From Cyanophora paradoxa CCMP329 (lineage: Eukaryota; Plantae; Glaucophyta): a stretch of 64,000 nucleotides of DNA. The notes below the pieces were generated by a model. That model saw nothing but the letters and a program-made list of their open reading frames with translations. It was not told the DNA's origin and did not search any database. This document shows, piece after piece, positions 1 through 13,122 of the stretch (the first letter of the stretch is position 1; each line of letters opens with the position of its first letter). Made by a program: the position numbers and the translations under genes. The stretch covers positions 124,001-188,000 of the forward strand of contig QPMI01000657.1 in NCBI GenBank assembly GCA_004431415.1, written 5' to 3'.

Positions 1-540
1 AACCAGACCGAGCGGATCTAGACGGAAGACGTCGACGCGGTAATTTGTGGTGCTGGTGTCTAGATCGAGACTGTACATGTGGCCGGTAATTCACCAAAAA
101 CAAAACATTTGTGCATGGCGCGGTATTTAAATTTAAGTTGTCTTATACTATGATACACGGTGCAGCTGCATATATATATACAAATATGGGCCAGCTAAAT
201 TGGAAGCTAATTAAAGCCAGCTACATATTAATTGGCAGCTATATCGCTAGTGCGCTAGCTTCAGCTGGCTTCAGCTTGGGCTTGAGCTTTTCTGACATCG
301 CGTCGATGGCCCATTGATGGGTAGAGGTATCGCGGCATACTAGTACTGGTAATAGTCTGGTATAAACATTATGTGTCATTTTACCCTCGCCGCTGTACCC
401 CCGCCGCTCTTTAATATTTAAATTTTAACCCCGCATGCGGATTGGGCGTAGTCTCCATGAATGCCAAATAGTGAAAGTCACGGGTGACTCACGCAGCGAG
501 TCACGCGCGGTCATGCATATTTGGGATCCGGAGTCGGGAC

Positions 541-1043
541 TAGGGCTGGGTCCAGTGAGATCAGTGGAGGGTCGAGGGTCTCACTCTACTCACTGAGTGA
601 GGATTTTGGCTCACTCGTACAAAGAAAAATGTATGGGGCGAGTGAGCCGGACCTCAGCCCGCGCAGCGCGGGGGGGTATCTGGCGCCATAAAATCACGAC
701 CCAGGCGCCCCACCTAACGATTTGGGGGTACTTTTGAGTCAGATCTACATGCGTATAGCGTAGCGCTAGCAGCACCGCGCGCGATGCTGACCATGACCAA
801 TTTGAAATTCGAAACGACCTCTCAGAGTCTCGACATTTTAAAAGCCCGCGGAAACAGCTGGCAGTTACGGCACGTATACGTAGCGCCTGAAAACACGGCG
901 AAATCTGGGTCGTTTTAGGTCGTTTTAGGTCGTTTTTCGCGTATACGAAAACGTACCCCCTGCTCACTACAGTGACTGAGTGAGTGGGACGCAAAAAGCT
1001 CACTCACAAAGTGAGCCCGCGGACCTCACTGGGCGCAGCCCTA
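541..1043. mobile_element. hAT-type MITE (503 bp)
   Basis: TIRs TAGGGCTGGGTCCAGTGAG (541-559) and CTCACTGGGCGCAGCCCTA (1025-1043) match at 17/19. Exact 8-bp TSD GTCGGGAC at 533-540 and 1044-1051. Subterminal CTCACT/AGTGAG motifs. Confidence 0.9.
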
Positions 1044-1155
1044 GTCGGGACTCGGGAGTCGGTACTACTCGGTAGTAACTCGGTACGACTCGGGTCGCTC
1101 GGTAGGCGAGTCGGGACTCGGGAGTCGGGACTCGGGACTCGGGAGTCAGACTCAC
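1044..1155. repeat. GGGA(C/G)TC-type short tandem repeat array belonging to a dispersed repeat family
   Basis: Repeated GTCGGGACTCGGGA units. The same array occurs at ~15676-15835 and ~30271-30428. Upstream 430-520 also resembles 15259-15310 (CCATGAATGCCAAA...GTCACGGGTGACTCACGC). Confidence 0.7.
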
Positions 1156-2124
1156 TCAGTCAGTCACTGAGTCATTCATTAATTCTGAATCATGCAGGTC
1201 CACTGGGCCACTGCCAGTCTGCCAGCGACTGCAGCTGGCCCGCGGCCGCCGGGGGCCCGGGGCCGGCCGGCGCCGGGCAGTCACAGACCGTCGGACTGCG
1301 CACGGCGCACAGGCTGCGCACAGCTGCGCACTGCGCCGTGACTGCGGCAGTCTAGATCTGCCACAGACTGCCAGCCTGGCAGTGCCGCAGACTGCCCGCA
1401 GTGCATGCGCAGCCTGCTGGTCCGGGTCCGATGATCCGTGGGCCGTGGCACCACTGGCACGCGCACGGTGCAGCTGACTGGCACCTGGACCTGAGGAAAT
1501 GACCCGGAATTTACTAAGTAACGGCCGGAAATGCCCCAGATGCGATCCATCTAGATCTAAGTTGCTGTGGCCCAAGCACAGTGCCACGGTGCGCCGCGGG
1601 CCCGCGGCGCCGGCGCGGGCGGTATACGTAGCGACGAACACTGGAGAAAGGAATTCGGCCCCTGGCACCCCTGCCACAGGCTGCCAGGCGATTTCTTGAA
1701 GATTTCGACGACATGTACAGAAGATCATTTTTCGGTCGACCCAAGTCAAGCTTCAGATCATGAGATTGGGGAAAAGCCTGCAGGGGGGCACGGCGGCACG
1801 TCCCCAGCTGTGTACATGTGTTGTATCAACTTGTATGCATATGGGACTGAGATCACAGAGAACCTCAGTCGGCCAATTTGGTGACTCAGTCGGGTCAGTC
1901 AGTCGCCGAGTCGGGTCAGTCAGGAGACTGAACCGGGGTCCGGCCGCGGGGCGAGTCGACGATCGCCGCGGATCGCGACGTCGACGTCGACTCGACGTCG
2001 ACCGTCGGACGTTCGCCGCTGCGCATGCGGCCCAGCGCGAGCGGCGCGAGTACCGGAATACCCCGAATCCCGATCATCGGATTCCCGAATCCCGATACCG
2101 ACCGGGAGCGTACTATTATCAGCA

Positions 2125-4165
2125 ATGTATCCCCAGCAACCGTATGGAGGCGCTCCTCAGCAGCCCTACGGAGCCGGAGGCGCTCAAATGCAACCGTATG
2201 GAGGGGCCGGCGCCCCGTACGGATCAGGCCCGGGGGGCGCCCCGCAGCAGGTTGCGAGCAGCACGGTGGTCGTAACGCAGGGTGGCCAGTCCGCAGTGCC
2301 TCTTAACCCACTTGGCTTCACAGTGCCGCTTTGCCTTTGTTGCTACAATCCAGGGTGCGCGCGGCCTGTCTTCACACATGATGAGGCCGGCCGGCGCCGT
2401 TGCCTTCATCAGTTTATATAATATCAATTAGTTTGACATCGGCGCATGTGCCAGGAACTGCATCTGCGCGTTTTGCTGTCCAGGCAGCACTGCGGCTAGC
2501 ACGCGCATCAAGCTGGAGGGCCGGTCGATGGAAATTTGCGACTGCTGGGTGGTGCGTTAGGGCGTGTATACACGAACACACACACACACACACACACGCA
2601 TATCCACATTTAAATTTATAATTATATCCATGGTCGCTAACTCTCATAAGCCGCGTACCGCCATCTTCACGCGCAGTATTTTGACTGCTGCATCTGCTGG
2701 CAAGTGTCAAGCGCACTAAATTATGGAAACCGGACGCTGCTTCGGGCTCTCTACGGGCTTCCCGTGAGTAGTCGTTTATAACTGAGTGATCATGATCATG
2801 AATATAACTATAAGTAGAAAATCCCAAGCTGCACCTGCGTCTGACGCCAAGGCCCGCGTTCGCAGCAACACACGTGCCTGGATTATTTCGCTTCTTACTG
2901 TGCGCGAACGCTAGCCCGCCCCTTCCTCTACCTCTTTCCAAGATTCCGCCCCCCCCCCTCCCCCCCACCTCCCCTCCCCCCTCCGATCCCGCCACCCTTC
3001 CCGTCCCCCCCCCCCCCGGCCCCCTCTTTGCGCTAAATATAAATTATCCTAGAATTCGAATATCCTAGTGTCCTCCCACCCCCTACCCCCGGGCCGCCCA
3101 ACCTCCACCGGAACCTCCCGTCTACAATTTAACTATCAAAACACCCCCCGTTTGCAATTGCGCGATTTAGGCCTGCAGCTGATCATGAAGATGTGGTGCA
3201 ACGGTGAATTAAAGAGCACCGATATCGCGATCGGACCGGCCACGCGCTGGGGCCTGATTGCACGTCGATCTCGTGCAGGTTGCACGTGCTGTGCGATCGC
3301 CCAAACGGCCAACGAGGCCGATCTCCGCACGAAGCACGACACCGTGAAGCTGGGCCGTCCGCAGGCATGCCCTGGAGTTCCTCATGATCGATTCTCGAAT
3401 GATCCGCTTTCTGGCAACGTTAACGTCGAATTTCTACGCAGATGGGCCCGATCATCGTTACGAACACCATGCAGGTGCATGTGCTTCGTTTCGTCGAACT
3501 TGCTGATTCGTACAAACAATATCAATATATTATTTTTATTGCAGGTCGCTCCCGCGGCACCGCCGCCGATCATGATGGCGCAGCCTGTGCAGCCGATGCC
3601 GCTGGCCATGGGGCCGATGCCCGGCCAACCCCAGCCCTCCAACATGCACATGGCGCCCCCGCCGATGACGATGCAAATGCCCGGCCAAGTACCAAGCCCC
3701 GACGTTGCAGCCGGTGCGGCTGCGTGTTTCTTGCGACCTCGAATATCAAACCGCGACTTTAATTTAACTAAACTAAAGATCTACGGGTACGCACAGATCT
3801 GAGGGCCTTCCTTGAACGAGCTGGGGCCGAGAAGTGCGTGTACCCTCGGACTCTGGAGGACGCCGGGCCGCTCCCAAACTCAAGCTTACCATATGCATAA
3901 ATTAAACCTAAGCTCTATATATATAATCACTCTTAATGCATTTTCATTCCGCTTGTCGATCTAGATCTGCAGGTACCTCGGGTTTTTCATGGCAAATGAG
4001 ATCGGGATGGCCGAAATGCGGGCTATTACGGAGGAGGTGCGATCGCGAGCGCGAGATGAACTGTTCTGAGACATGCGCCCCCCGCAGGAGCTGCGGGACG
4101 CCATTGGCGTGGCGGAGATTGGGACGCGGAAGCGCATCCTCGCCGCCGCCCAGCAGCTCCGCTAG
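2125..4165 (+). CDS. Multi-exon gene: Pro/Gln/Tyr-rich N-terminus + PLAC8 (cysteine-rich) domain + Pro/Met linker + C-terminal SAM domain
   Basis: Hand-spliced exons read MYPQQPYGG...VPLCLCCYNPG|NCICAFCCP...|YFDCCICWQ...RTLLRALYGLP|QHTCLDYFASY|CCTCCAIAQTANEADLR...|...|DLRAFLERAGAEK|YLGFFMANEIGMAEMRAITEE|ELRDAIGVAEIGTRKRILAAAQQLR*. Introns are GT/GC-AG; stop TAG at 4163-4165. Confidence 0.8.
2576..2597. repeat. (CA)n microsatellite inside an intron
   Basis: Directly visible ACACAC run. Confidence 0.9.
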
Positions 4166-5283
4166 CGCCGCGGCGCTAGCTAGAGCTCAGGCTTGCTTGC
4201 GATTTTCAGTCGAATTTAACAATGGAAGACGTTCCGAATGATTTTCACTTTTCGACTCCTGAGCCTCCCGCCGCACTTCACCCGCACGTGCACTCACTTC
4301 CGGTCGTTGGCGGGGACTGTCCCCATCAGGACCTCCGGGTCTCGGAGGAGGGCTGCCCAGCGCTCGCGATAAATGGGCGAGTGAAAGGGTATTGCAATTG
4401 GACGGCCTCTCCCTTTGCCGTATAGATGGACTTCCTCGCCTCGGCCGATGAATTCGGCATGGACGACTCTCCAGTGCGAACTCTTCTCCGGCGTTTATAA
4501 TCAGCTATAGAACGACTAAAAATGTCACTGTTGAACTATTGATCGACCCCCGATACCTACTGCTGTCTGCAGACCCTTACAAATAGGAAACCAAGGAGGC
4601 GCGCATGGCCCTGAAGCAGGGACGGATAGCGCACTCCGACCTGCAAACCCCGAGCGCCCCCAACATGAGCCGCGCGCCATGTGGCCAACGTGCGCGCCAC
4701 GTACTCACAGACACAGCGCAAACCGAAAGCAATCTGATCCGTTCCTTTGCAGGCGCAGGTTCTCGGGGAGCGAGGGCTCGCGGGTCTGTGGATGCTCCAC
4801 CGCACGAAGGACGGAATTCGAACGCCCGTTGCAGAAGCCGGGAGACGCGGCCGGCGTCCCTGTTCCTACCACGCCTTTAGCTTGCTAACGCTAATGTTTT
4901 GGAATGTGAAGCTTTGATGTTTTGTAGATCCAGATCTAGAAAGCTGTAAGCCAATGCGAATATGAAATAATTTAATGTGAACTACGCTTTGAATTCCGCT
5001 TCCTTGCAATTGTATTTGCAATGGCCTTGCCCAAAATTGCAATCACCGTGCACGTGTTAAACGTTGCAATCAACGCTCGCACATGCATGCGCAGTATTCA
5101 ATTCCATTTCCAGGATCCCGGAGTGCCCTCATGATCGATCATTTATAAAATTATGTATATCCCATGCAACGATCTGATACCGGGGGGGCCTCGAGCTCCT
5201 TGAAGCTTCAATTGCAATGATCGAGTGAATATTTATAGCTTCGAATTCATCGGATATCATGGCACAAAGCTGCGTACGCGTAG

Positions 5284-6671
5284 CTAGCGCTTTGCCTTGC
5301 GGAGAGGCGCGGCGGCGGCGAGGATGCGCTTGCGGACGCCGAGCTCGGCGACGCCGACCGAGTCGCGCAGCTCTGCGTCCGACAGGGACGGGAGGAGGAC
5401 CAGGTCCACGTCGGCGTTCACGAACGCCGGAAGGTACCTGTCGACCCTCGCGTATCGTCCATGTCCAGGTGTTGCTAAATGGAAAATTTGCGAACCGTTC
5501 AGCGTCAGTCTTCTGGAGGAATTCTCGGAGGGGGGCCCACTTGCCGTCTGCGCAGCACGCGGTGTTGACGTTGCGTTGCGTTAGATCAAATGTAAAAGTA
5601 GATTTAAATGCATATGCATTTACGTGTAGGCATGTTAACTTAAAATCAAAGGTGTGGCGGCCGACGCCGCGCGCCACCCGGCCCACGAGCCCTGGCATGC
5701 ATATATATGGCGGCTGGCGGGGTGTCCTAAGGGCGGGTGCCGACGAGGTCCGGCAGGCGTTTATGAGGTTCCCGCTTCCTGTCAATTGTGATTGCATGCG
5801 CAAGAGGGACGACGCGGGGGTTGCAATAAACCGTTTACGTATATACGCTTTCGCAGAATATTGCGGCATGCGCACCATTGAGTTCCGCGATGTTCACAGC
5901 GGGCCGGGGGATCACGGCAGAGGCGGGGCCTGCCACAACGGAACTACTGCCCACCGCGAAAGCGGCCTGGGGGCTGCTCCACGATTGCAGCTGCGTAGGG
6001 GGCTGCTCCGCGTCTTGGGGCCGGACGCGTTCGGTGGCGCCGGATCCGGATCGGACGAGGTGGCGGGTCGCATACACAAGGTCGGCCCCGACCGCCAAGG
6101 AAGCAACAGCGGAGATGACGCACAGCCCGAACGACGCTCCTGGCGTACGCGTGTTGATGTCGAATCTCATATAAATTGGGGCTATAATGAGACAGAGAAC
6201 GACGGAAACGACCGCGGCCGCCTGCATGCCCCACGACACAAAGATAACCATGCGAGCGGAGGCCTTTGCTGCGATGCGGCTACGCGGGAAGAGCAGAGCT
6301 GCTGAGTGGGCGAGCTGGAGAAGCGCCAACGCCGCTGAGAGGACTCCGAAGGCAAGGGCTGCTTCCAGTGCTGCTGCGACGTGGCATAGAGATGATCCTA
6401 GCACGCGGCATCCGTCCGCGTACGAGACCGCAGCTTCAGGCAAGTTGACAGATACAGTTTCGAAGAGGCCATGGCCATATGTCCGTTCAGTGCCAAATCT
6501 CACAATTCTGGAAAGACCGAATCCGTAACGAAATGAAACTTCCACATCAGTAAAGCTTAGTATTCTTTTCACGGAAGCCCATTCCGGCAGGCCGACGGCG
6601 ATAAGGATCAAGATTACATGCACGAAGCTGAGGGCGACGCGAGCCGCTGCGTGCAGGTCGAAGGCTGGCAT
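5284..6671 (-). CDS. Claudin/PMP22-like four-TM membrane protein with spliced C-terminal SAM domain
   Basis: ORF 5835-6671 has four hydrophobic segments, W after TM1 (AVGLPEW), a GL motif and two Cys in the first loop. Downstream exons read WAPLREFLQKTDAER|YLPAFVNADVDLVLLPSLSDAELRDSVGVAELGVRKRILAAAAPLRKAKR* (last exon 5437-5284). The linking exons are not fully resolved. Confidence 0.65.
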
Positions 6672-7736
6672 TCTCGCCGCTGCTTAAAGCTTCGAATTCT
6701 TACCGACTGCAGCGGATTGCAACTTGAATTGCTAGCGCTATAACTGTATATACGAACGGTACTACGTATACGGTATTGCTAGCGCTATACCGGTAGCTGT
6801 ATTAGCCTTTTTATATATTCGAACGGCAGGTTTAATTATAAGGCGGCTGTGACTCCCGCGCCAGCCCGACGGGCCGCGGCCCGCGGGCCGCGGCCGGCAA
6901 CTTGTCGACGTCGGCCATGCCAGCCGGACCATGCAGGCCGCTACTATATATAGTAGTACTAGTTGCGATTAATATTGTCAGCCCGGCATGCGCAACCGGT
7001 AGGTCCGGTACCAGCCTGAGACTACCAGTGCGGCTGGCCGGCCGGCGCCGCGGCGCGCGGCCAGCCGCTGAGCGGCCGCGCCGGCGCGACGTCGACCGAG
7101 CCGGCCGCCGGCCGGGCGCCCGGGCCGCGCGCGGCCGGGCCGGGGCCGCCGGGCCAGCCGGGCCCGCCTGAGCCACTGGGCCAGCTAGCTATCATAGTAT
7201 AGAGCCATTCTCTGGCTTAAGCTTGGGCTTGAGCTTGTCTGATGGGTAGAGGTACGTATACATATTAGATATAAAAATCTAAAATTATGTGCGCCGGCAT
7301 TGGCCCGGCTCATTGAACTCATTTTGTTTGGTGAATTACCGGCCACAGCCTCTAGCTATAGTCTACTCCAGCACCGTGGCACTGTCACAGTGTGGGGGCG
7401 TATATATACAGGCACGGCGTGGCGCCGGCATGATCGATCGGAAGTATGTGGAACTGTGGCACTGTGGCCATGGGGCACTGTGATCGATATCGATATCGAA
7501 GGCGGGGCACTGTGGGGGCGTATACGGGCGCCGGCAACTCACCAGTGTTGTCAATTATGTGCGTCGGTACCGTGATACAGGCCATAGGCTATAGCATACA
7601 CGTGCACCGTGCACGTGATACATGTACACGCTGTCTAATTCATGATCATGCCTTCCGTGTTCGAATCGCCCTGCGATGAGAATCACGCCTTCCACGTGCA
7701 CAGTGCTGGAGTAACTATAATACAACTTATAATTAT

Positions 7737-9643
7737 GTCGCCCCCGGGGGTACATCAGCCGGGCGGCAGCGTGCGCCCCCCGCTGCAAAGGCGGCATAGG
7801 CGCCCTGGATATTGAGACTCGCATGAAGAGCTGCGCCGCAATCATGTTCCGCGACCTCCTCGACCCCACCTATGAGCAGTGGAAACCATTCGTGCTGGCG
7901 GAGATACAGGACATCCTGAGGGGCCCACCAGCCACTGTAGTCGGGCTACAGGGCGTGTCCATCCTGGGCTGCTCGGACACACTAGCGGCCCGCCGGGGTA
8001 CAGACAAAACGGCGTGGGGGGTCCTCCCCCTCGCGCTCACCGCTGCCCAGACCCTCGGCCGCCATCGATTGGCATCGTCACTCCCCACGACCTGGGCAAC
8101 CGTGCTCGCTGAACCCCTTTGGCTCAATGCCCTCCTGGCCTTCCCGGAATCTCCCTGGGGGGAATCCAGGGAGGCTAGGGCCCTTGCGTCAGCGGGCATC
8201 ATGACTATCGGTCACCTATTCGAGCGGCTCGCCCGCCCAGCCCCGGAGATCCCGGAAATCGCGATTCCCCTCGCCTACCGCCTCCAGCGTCTCTTCCGCT
8301 GCCGCCTCGCAGCCCAGGCCATCCGAGTCCCGGCGCCCCTGACAGTAGCCTCCCCAACAGCGGGGCCTGCGCAGGACCACACCCAGCTGCACTATCGGAC
8401 CCTCCTCTCCTCCGGACGGGCTCCCGCGAGCCCCCCGGCCCTCATCCTCGAGACCCGGGACCCGTCCAGCGAAACAGGAACCATCCTGATCTGCCGTACC
8501 GACGGCACCCTCCGCAGGACGGCCACAGTTACCACGGCCCCCCGGGACGCGGCCCCGGTCGCCGTAGTACGCGTACCGCCGATATCACGCTCACAACGTC
8601 GCCGCCTCCCCGACGGGCGCCTCGTTGTAGCTGCCCTCGCACCGGCCGCCCCCTGGGTACACGCTGGCCTTGCCTTCGGTCCCCAGGACAGCCGCCGCCC
8701 CTGGCTCGAGTACACAGTAGCGCGAGGCTACCCCCTGCTGCTGGCGCACGACCGCCCCGAAGGCCCCGACCCCCTGGCCCGCCTGAGCGGCGGCAACGAG
8801 GGCCCGGCGCAGCCGCGGTGGGCACTCGTCTGGACGCGCGGCCTCCGCCAGACGTACCTCACAGGGCCCGAGAGACAAACTTGGCACCGCGCCCTGCACG
8901 ACCGCCTCCCGACGCTCTATCGAGCTTACCGCTGGCTCCCGGTGAGCTCGCAGCGCTGCCTGCTCTGCGGAGCAGAGCAGGAAACCTCGGACCACTGTCT
9001 CGTCGACTGTTACGCCGCGAAACAGTTCTGGAGCGAGTTCATAGCCGCCTGGAACGCGAGCTGGGGCTCACGCCTGCACCTTGACTCCCGCCATATCCTC
9101 ACAGGCTACTCAGCGTACCCCTCGGGCAGCCGCAGCTCCAGCGGGCGCGTGCAGCGGGCCCTCCTAGCCACCTGCATAGGCATCGGCATCCATGCTATTT
9201 GGAGGCTGCGTAGCTCGTACGTCTCCCGAGTCATCCAACACAGTGAAGCTGGCGATGAGGCAGGCCCTCCGCCGGTGCCCCCCACGGCTGAAGTCATCCT
9301 CCGCTTCTTCTTGGCGGTTCTTTGGACCCGGGTAACCGACTCCTGCTTCCTTGCTGCGTCGCAACGCGTGTCTCTCCACCCCCGAAACCTCCCTACCCCG
9401 TCACTAGCAGAAGACTCCAACTCCGACTCCGACCCGGACCTCGCGCCCCCGCCCGACCGCCAAGCTCGCACATCTGCCCGCCCCCCGGCGGCGTTCTGGG
9501 GCGCCGGCGGCGTGATTGCCCTCTTCGACCCAGACAGAACCCGGCTAGTCCCGCGCCTGCACCCCGGCCCGCTCCTGCGTGCCCTCGGCTTCCAGCCCCG
9601 TGACCCACAGTCGCGCCCAAATATCGATACAGACAGCGACTAG
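7737..9643 (+). pseudogene. C-terminal part of LINE ORF2 (post-RT region + zf-RVT CCHC knuckle)
   Basis: CKGGIGALDI motif; WHRALHDRLPT...CLLCGAEQETSDHCLVDC...FWSEF; HAIWRLR. No RT core is present. Confidence 0.85.
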
Positions 9644-9659
9644 CTACGCCGGTCACTAC

Positions 9660-11367
9660 CTACTCGCTCTCCAGCACAAGAGCGCGGAAGGCATGGCCCA
9701 GCTGAGAGGCGTGCGCCCAGCTGCGCCCCATGAGCCCGGCCACCGATTAGCGGGGGAGCGGCCCGAGCCGGCCCACGCCGGCGACGACGTACTTGGACAC
9801 CTCGTCGAGGCCGAGACGTACGAGCTCGATCTCGGAGAGCAGCTCCCCCCCCTCCGCGGGCGGTCCCCCCCGCCACTCCCGAGGTCGCCCCGGGCGTGTC
9901 CGCCGCTCCAGCACCGAGGATGCCTGTACCCCCCAGCGTCAGCACTGGCCCCCCGCCCCCCTGGGGGGGGTAGAGGCCGGGCGGAGTAACAGAGGGGGAC
10001 CGGGGAGGGGAAGGAAAGCTCCGGCGCCCCCCCCGCACAGCTCGCACCATGGCATCCATCGCCTCCAACAGCGTTCGGTACTTGCGCAAGCGCGCGCCAC
10101 TGACCCCGCATACGACGCTCTCCGCTGGAGGCCCCGGCACCCACCGCGAGTCCGGGTCGTCAACCCTGCTCGCCCCGGCCGCAGTCAACTCCCGCATACT
10201 CCCCGCCGGCCCAGCGGCGTACCCCCGAAAATAGATGCCAGGGGCGCGCCCCACGGTGACGGCGTAAAACCCAGTGCGCCCGCCCAGCGCCCCTCCGGGC
10301 GCCTCCACGAACGGGATCGGCCCCGGGATGTAGTACTCCCGCCACGCCCCGTCGGCCCACCAAGCCCCCGGCGGCCGCGGCAGTAGACCAGCTCGGAAAT
10401 CCATTAGCCCACACAACAGGAGCGCAGCGGCAGTACAGTGAGACAAACCGCGCTTGGGAGCGAGCCAGTAGTCGTGCACGCGGCACAGCTCCCTCGCCGC
10501 CTGCGGCCGCCCCCGCCCCGCCGTCACGCCTACTCGTCAACCCTCTCAAGCGGCCGCCGCTCCTGCCCGGAGGCCCGGGTCGGACGCGCGCGGCACGCGC
10601 GGCCCCCGGTCACGGCGTACCATCGCATCCATCGCAGCCTCGATCGTCTCAAACCGCTTGAACGCGCTCCGGCACTGGTACACCTGGTCCCGCGCGGTCG
10701 GCCCCGGCGCCTCGTTCGCGCCGCGCTCGTCCCTGCGACGCCGCTCAGCATCCGCCCTAAACCGACGACCAAGCCCCGAACAAAGACGTAGCAAAGCGCA
10801 CCACATGAAGTAGATGCCCGGGTCGCGCCCGACGAAAACGGCGTAGAAGGCGAGGTACTTGCCCCGAGCGCCCGCGGGCGAGCGACCGCCCCACGGCGTC
10901 ACAACCCCGGGGACAGTGTACCGCCGGAGTGTACCGTCTGCCCAGAGAGCCTGCGCTGCCCGAAGCGAGCCGTCCCGTAGCTGCACGGGACGCCCGGGCG
11001 GTCCCGTGAGCGCGGGCAGAACGGGCCCGGGCGCAACCGGCACGGCAGCGGCCGCGGGACCCACAGGAGCTAGTGCAGGCCCAGGCGCAACGGAAACGGG
11101 CCCGGTCGCGGCCGGGACCGGAGCGGAGATCGGCATCCCAGGAGCGGCGGCCGGAGCATCCAGAGCGACCGGCCCAGCCGACTCCGAGGCAACAGACACA
11201 GGCTCCGCGACGCCGGACACAGGCGCTGGCTCGCTGCCGGCCGCCTCGCTGGCCCCCAGGCCAGGGGCGGCGGAAGAGGCCTCGCCACCACCGTCAGGCC
11301 CCTCCCGGCCCCGCTTCGCGTCCGCCGAGCCGGACGAAGCATCCTCCTCGCGAGCGCGTTTCTCCAT
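9660..11367 (-). CDS. Spliced antisense gene with two tandem RNase H1 N-terminal RNA:DNA hybrid-binding (Cauli_VI/viroplasmin-like) domains
   Basis: MEKRAREE start at 11367. Repeat 1: WADG...FYAVFVGRDPGIYFMW|DE...QVYQCRSAFKRFETIEAAMDAM. Repeat 2: WADG...FYAVTVGRAPGIYFRG|V...VCGVSGARLRKYRTLLEAMDAM. Introns 10733-10801 and 10166-10222 lie at the same position in each repeat. About six introns are predicted; stop at 9660-9662. Confidence 0.7.
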
Positions 11368-11488
11368 GGCGCACACTGTACCCGGCGGCCCGGGCCCCCG
11401 GGGGGGCAAAGTGTGAAAATACTACGGTAGCCGGCGGCCCCGGGGGGAGCCGACTAACAACGGGTACACCACTCGCCGCGGTGCAGGC

Positions 11489-13084
11489 ATGGACCCCTCC
11501 GTCCTTCAGCAGCAGCAAGCATCCAGCGCCACTAGTGGCCTCCGGCAGACTCACATGGACCGGTACCTCCAGCGCCCGAATGGCCGGCAGCAGAATCCGC
11601 AGGCGGCCGCCCCGGCAGCACGGGCGGAGGACAGGCTGATGCCCGACCTCGAAATCCTAGCAGAACTCGACCTCGGCGTCATCGTGAACATCGATGGCGT
11701 GCCGACGTTCGTCCCGTACCGCCCGGAAGGCGGTGACGTGGAAGAAACCATCGAGGCCGAAACTGGCGCGGTACCTGGCCGCCCCCTTCCTGCGCAAAAG
11801 ATCGAAACAGATAGACAGGAAACCAGAGCTTGGCTCACTCGCCAGCCCGCCGCAGTTCCGCCTGTACAGCAACGTGCCCTCGGAAGCCGACTTCCTCGCG
11901 GAGATCCGGCGCGTTCTCCCCGACGAGAGCTCGCGCCGCCACCCCGACCTGAACAACAAGCTCCTTTACGTCAACAACATGAAGAAGGAGTGCATGGCGA
12001 AGCAGGCCCTGGACACGCTGCTCGTCGACTGGTACCGCGTCCGCGCCAACGGCGGCGCCGTCGACAACATCATGTCCCGCGAGGAGGCGAGCAAGTACAT
12101 CTTCGTCGCCCGTGTGGGCGCCGCGGCGCGGCGCCAGACTATCGTCGTCAGGCTGCTCTCCCTGGGCGACGTCGAGGAGGTCTTCGACAACAGGGCCGAC
12201 GTCGTTGAGGCCACCCTGCAGCTCCCCGTCATCATCGAAGGTGGCATCGCGGGCACTATCCCGTTCACCGTCGCCCGCGACCAGCCCCGCGAAATCCGCG
12301 GTCTAAAATTTTTCGGCCTGACGTTCGCGGAGATCCGCGCGCACCCGGACATCACGGCGGCGGGCCTGCGTGGCTTCGACGGCACGCTGTCACCGACGGG
12401 GACCCGCCAGCTCGCCGCCGCGGCGGGCATCAAGCCCGCCGCCGACCCGTCCGACCCCAACAAGCTCTGGACGCGCCAGGTGGTCCCGGCCGCCGGGGGC
12501 CGGGTCACCATCGGCATGTTCGTCGTGTACGGCACCCGGGCCGGCGCCCAGGTCCGGGCGGAGGAGTTCACCATCCTCACGGCCATCGAGGGCCAGTCCC
12601 AGGTCAAGGCCGCCCTCCCAATCGCGTACCCCACCGGCGAGCAGCCCAAGAAGAAGGGCCGCAAGGGACGCCTCGGCGAGATCGACCGCCGGCTCGAGGC
12701 CGTCCAGGCGGCGGTGTCGGCGCTCTACCGCGGCCTCCCCGCCCCCGCCCCCGCAGCGGCCGCGGCGCCCGCGGCCGCCGCGGCTCCCCCCCGGCCCCCG
12801 CCCCGTCAGCGCCCCGACAGCAGGCACGAAGCGGACGCACGAGGAGGGCCCGGGAGCCCCGCGGGCCCAGCCCGCCCTCCCCGCGGACGTCCCCTACCGC
12901 CCCTGGCCCCTCCATCTCGCTCGCGGCCCCCGCCAGCGGCGCCCCCGGGCCCAGCAGTTCGGCTTCGCCCCGCCCCTGACCGCCGCGTCCCAGACCGCGG
13001 CGCAGATGGGGACAACATCGATGCGGCCGACCTTCAGCATCCAGCCCCGTACGCCCCCTCCCGGCTACCCACCCCTCCGCCGCT

Positions 13085-13122
<38 letters not shown>

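Noticed and set aside
4222-4890. Small spliced gene between the two SAM genes
   Set aside because: Splice-like signals exist, but I could not build a continuous reading frame or recognise a product.
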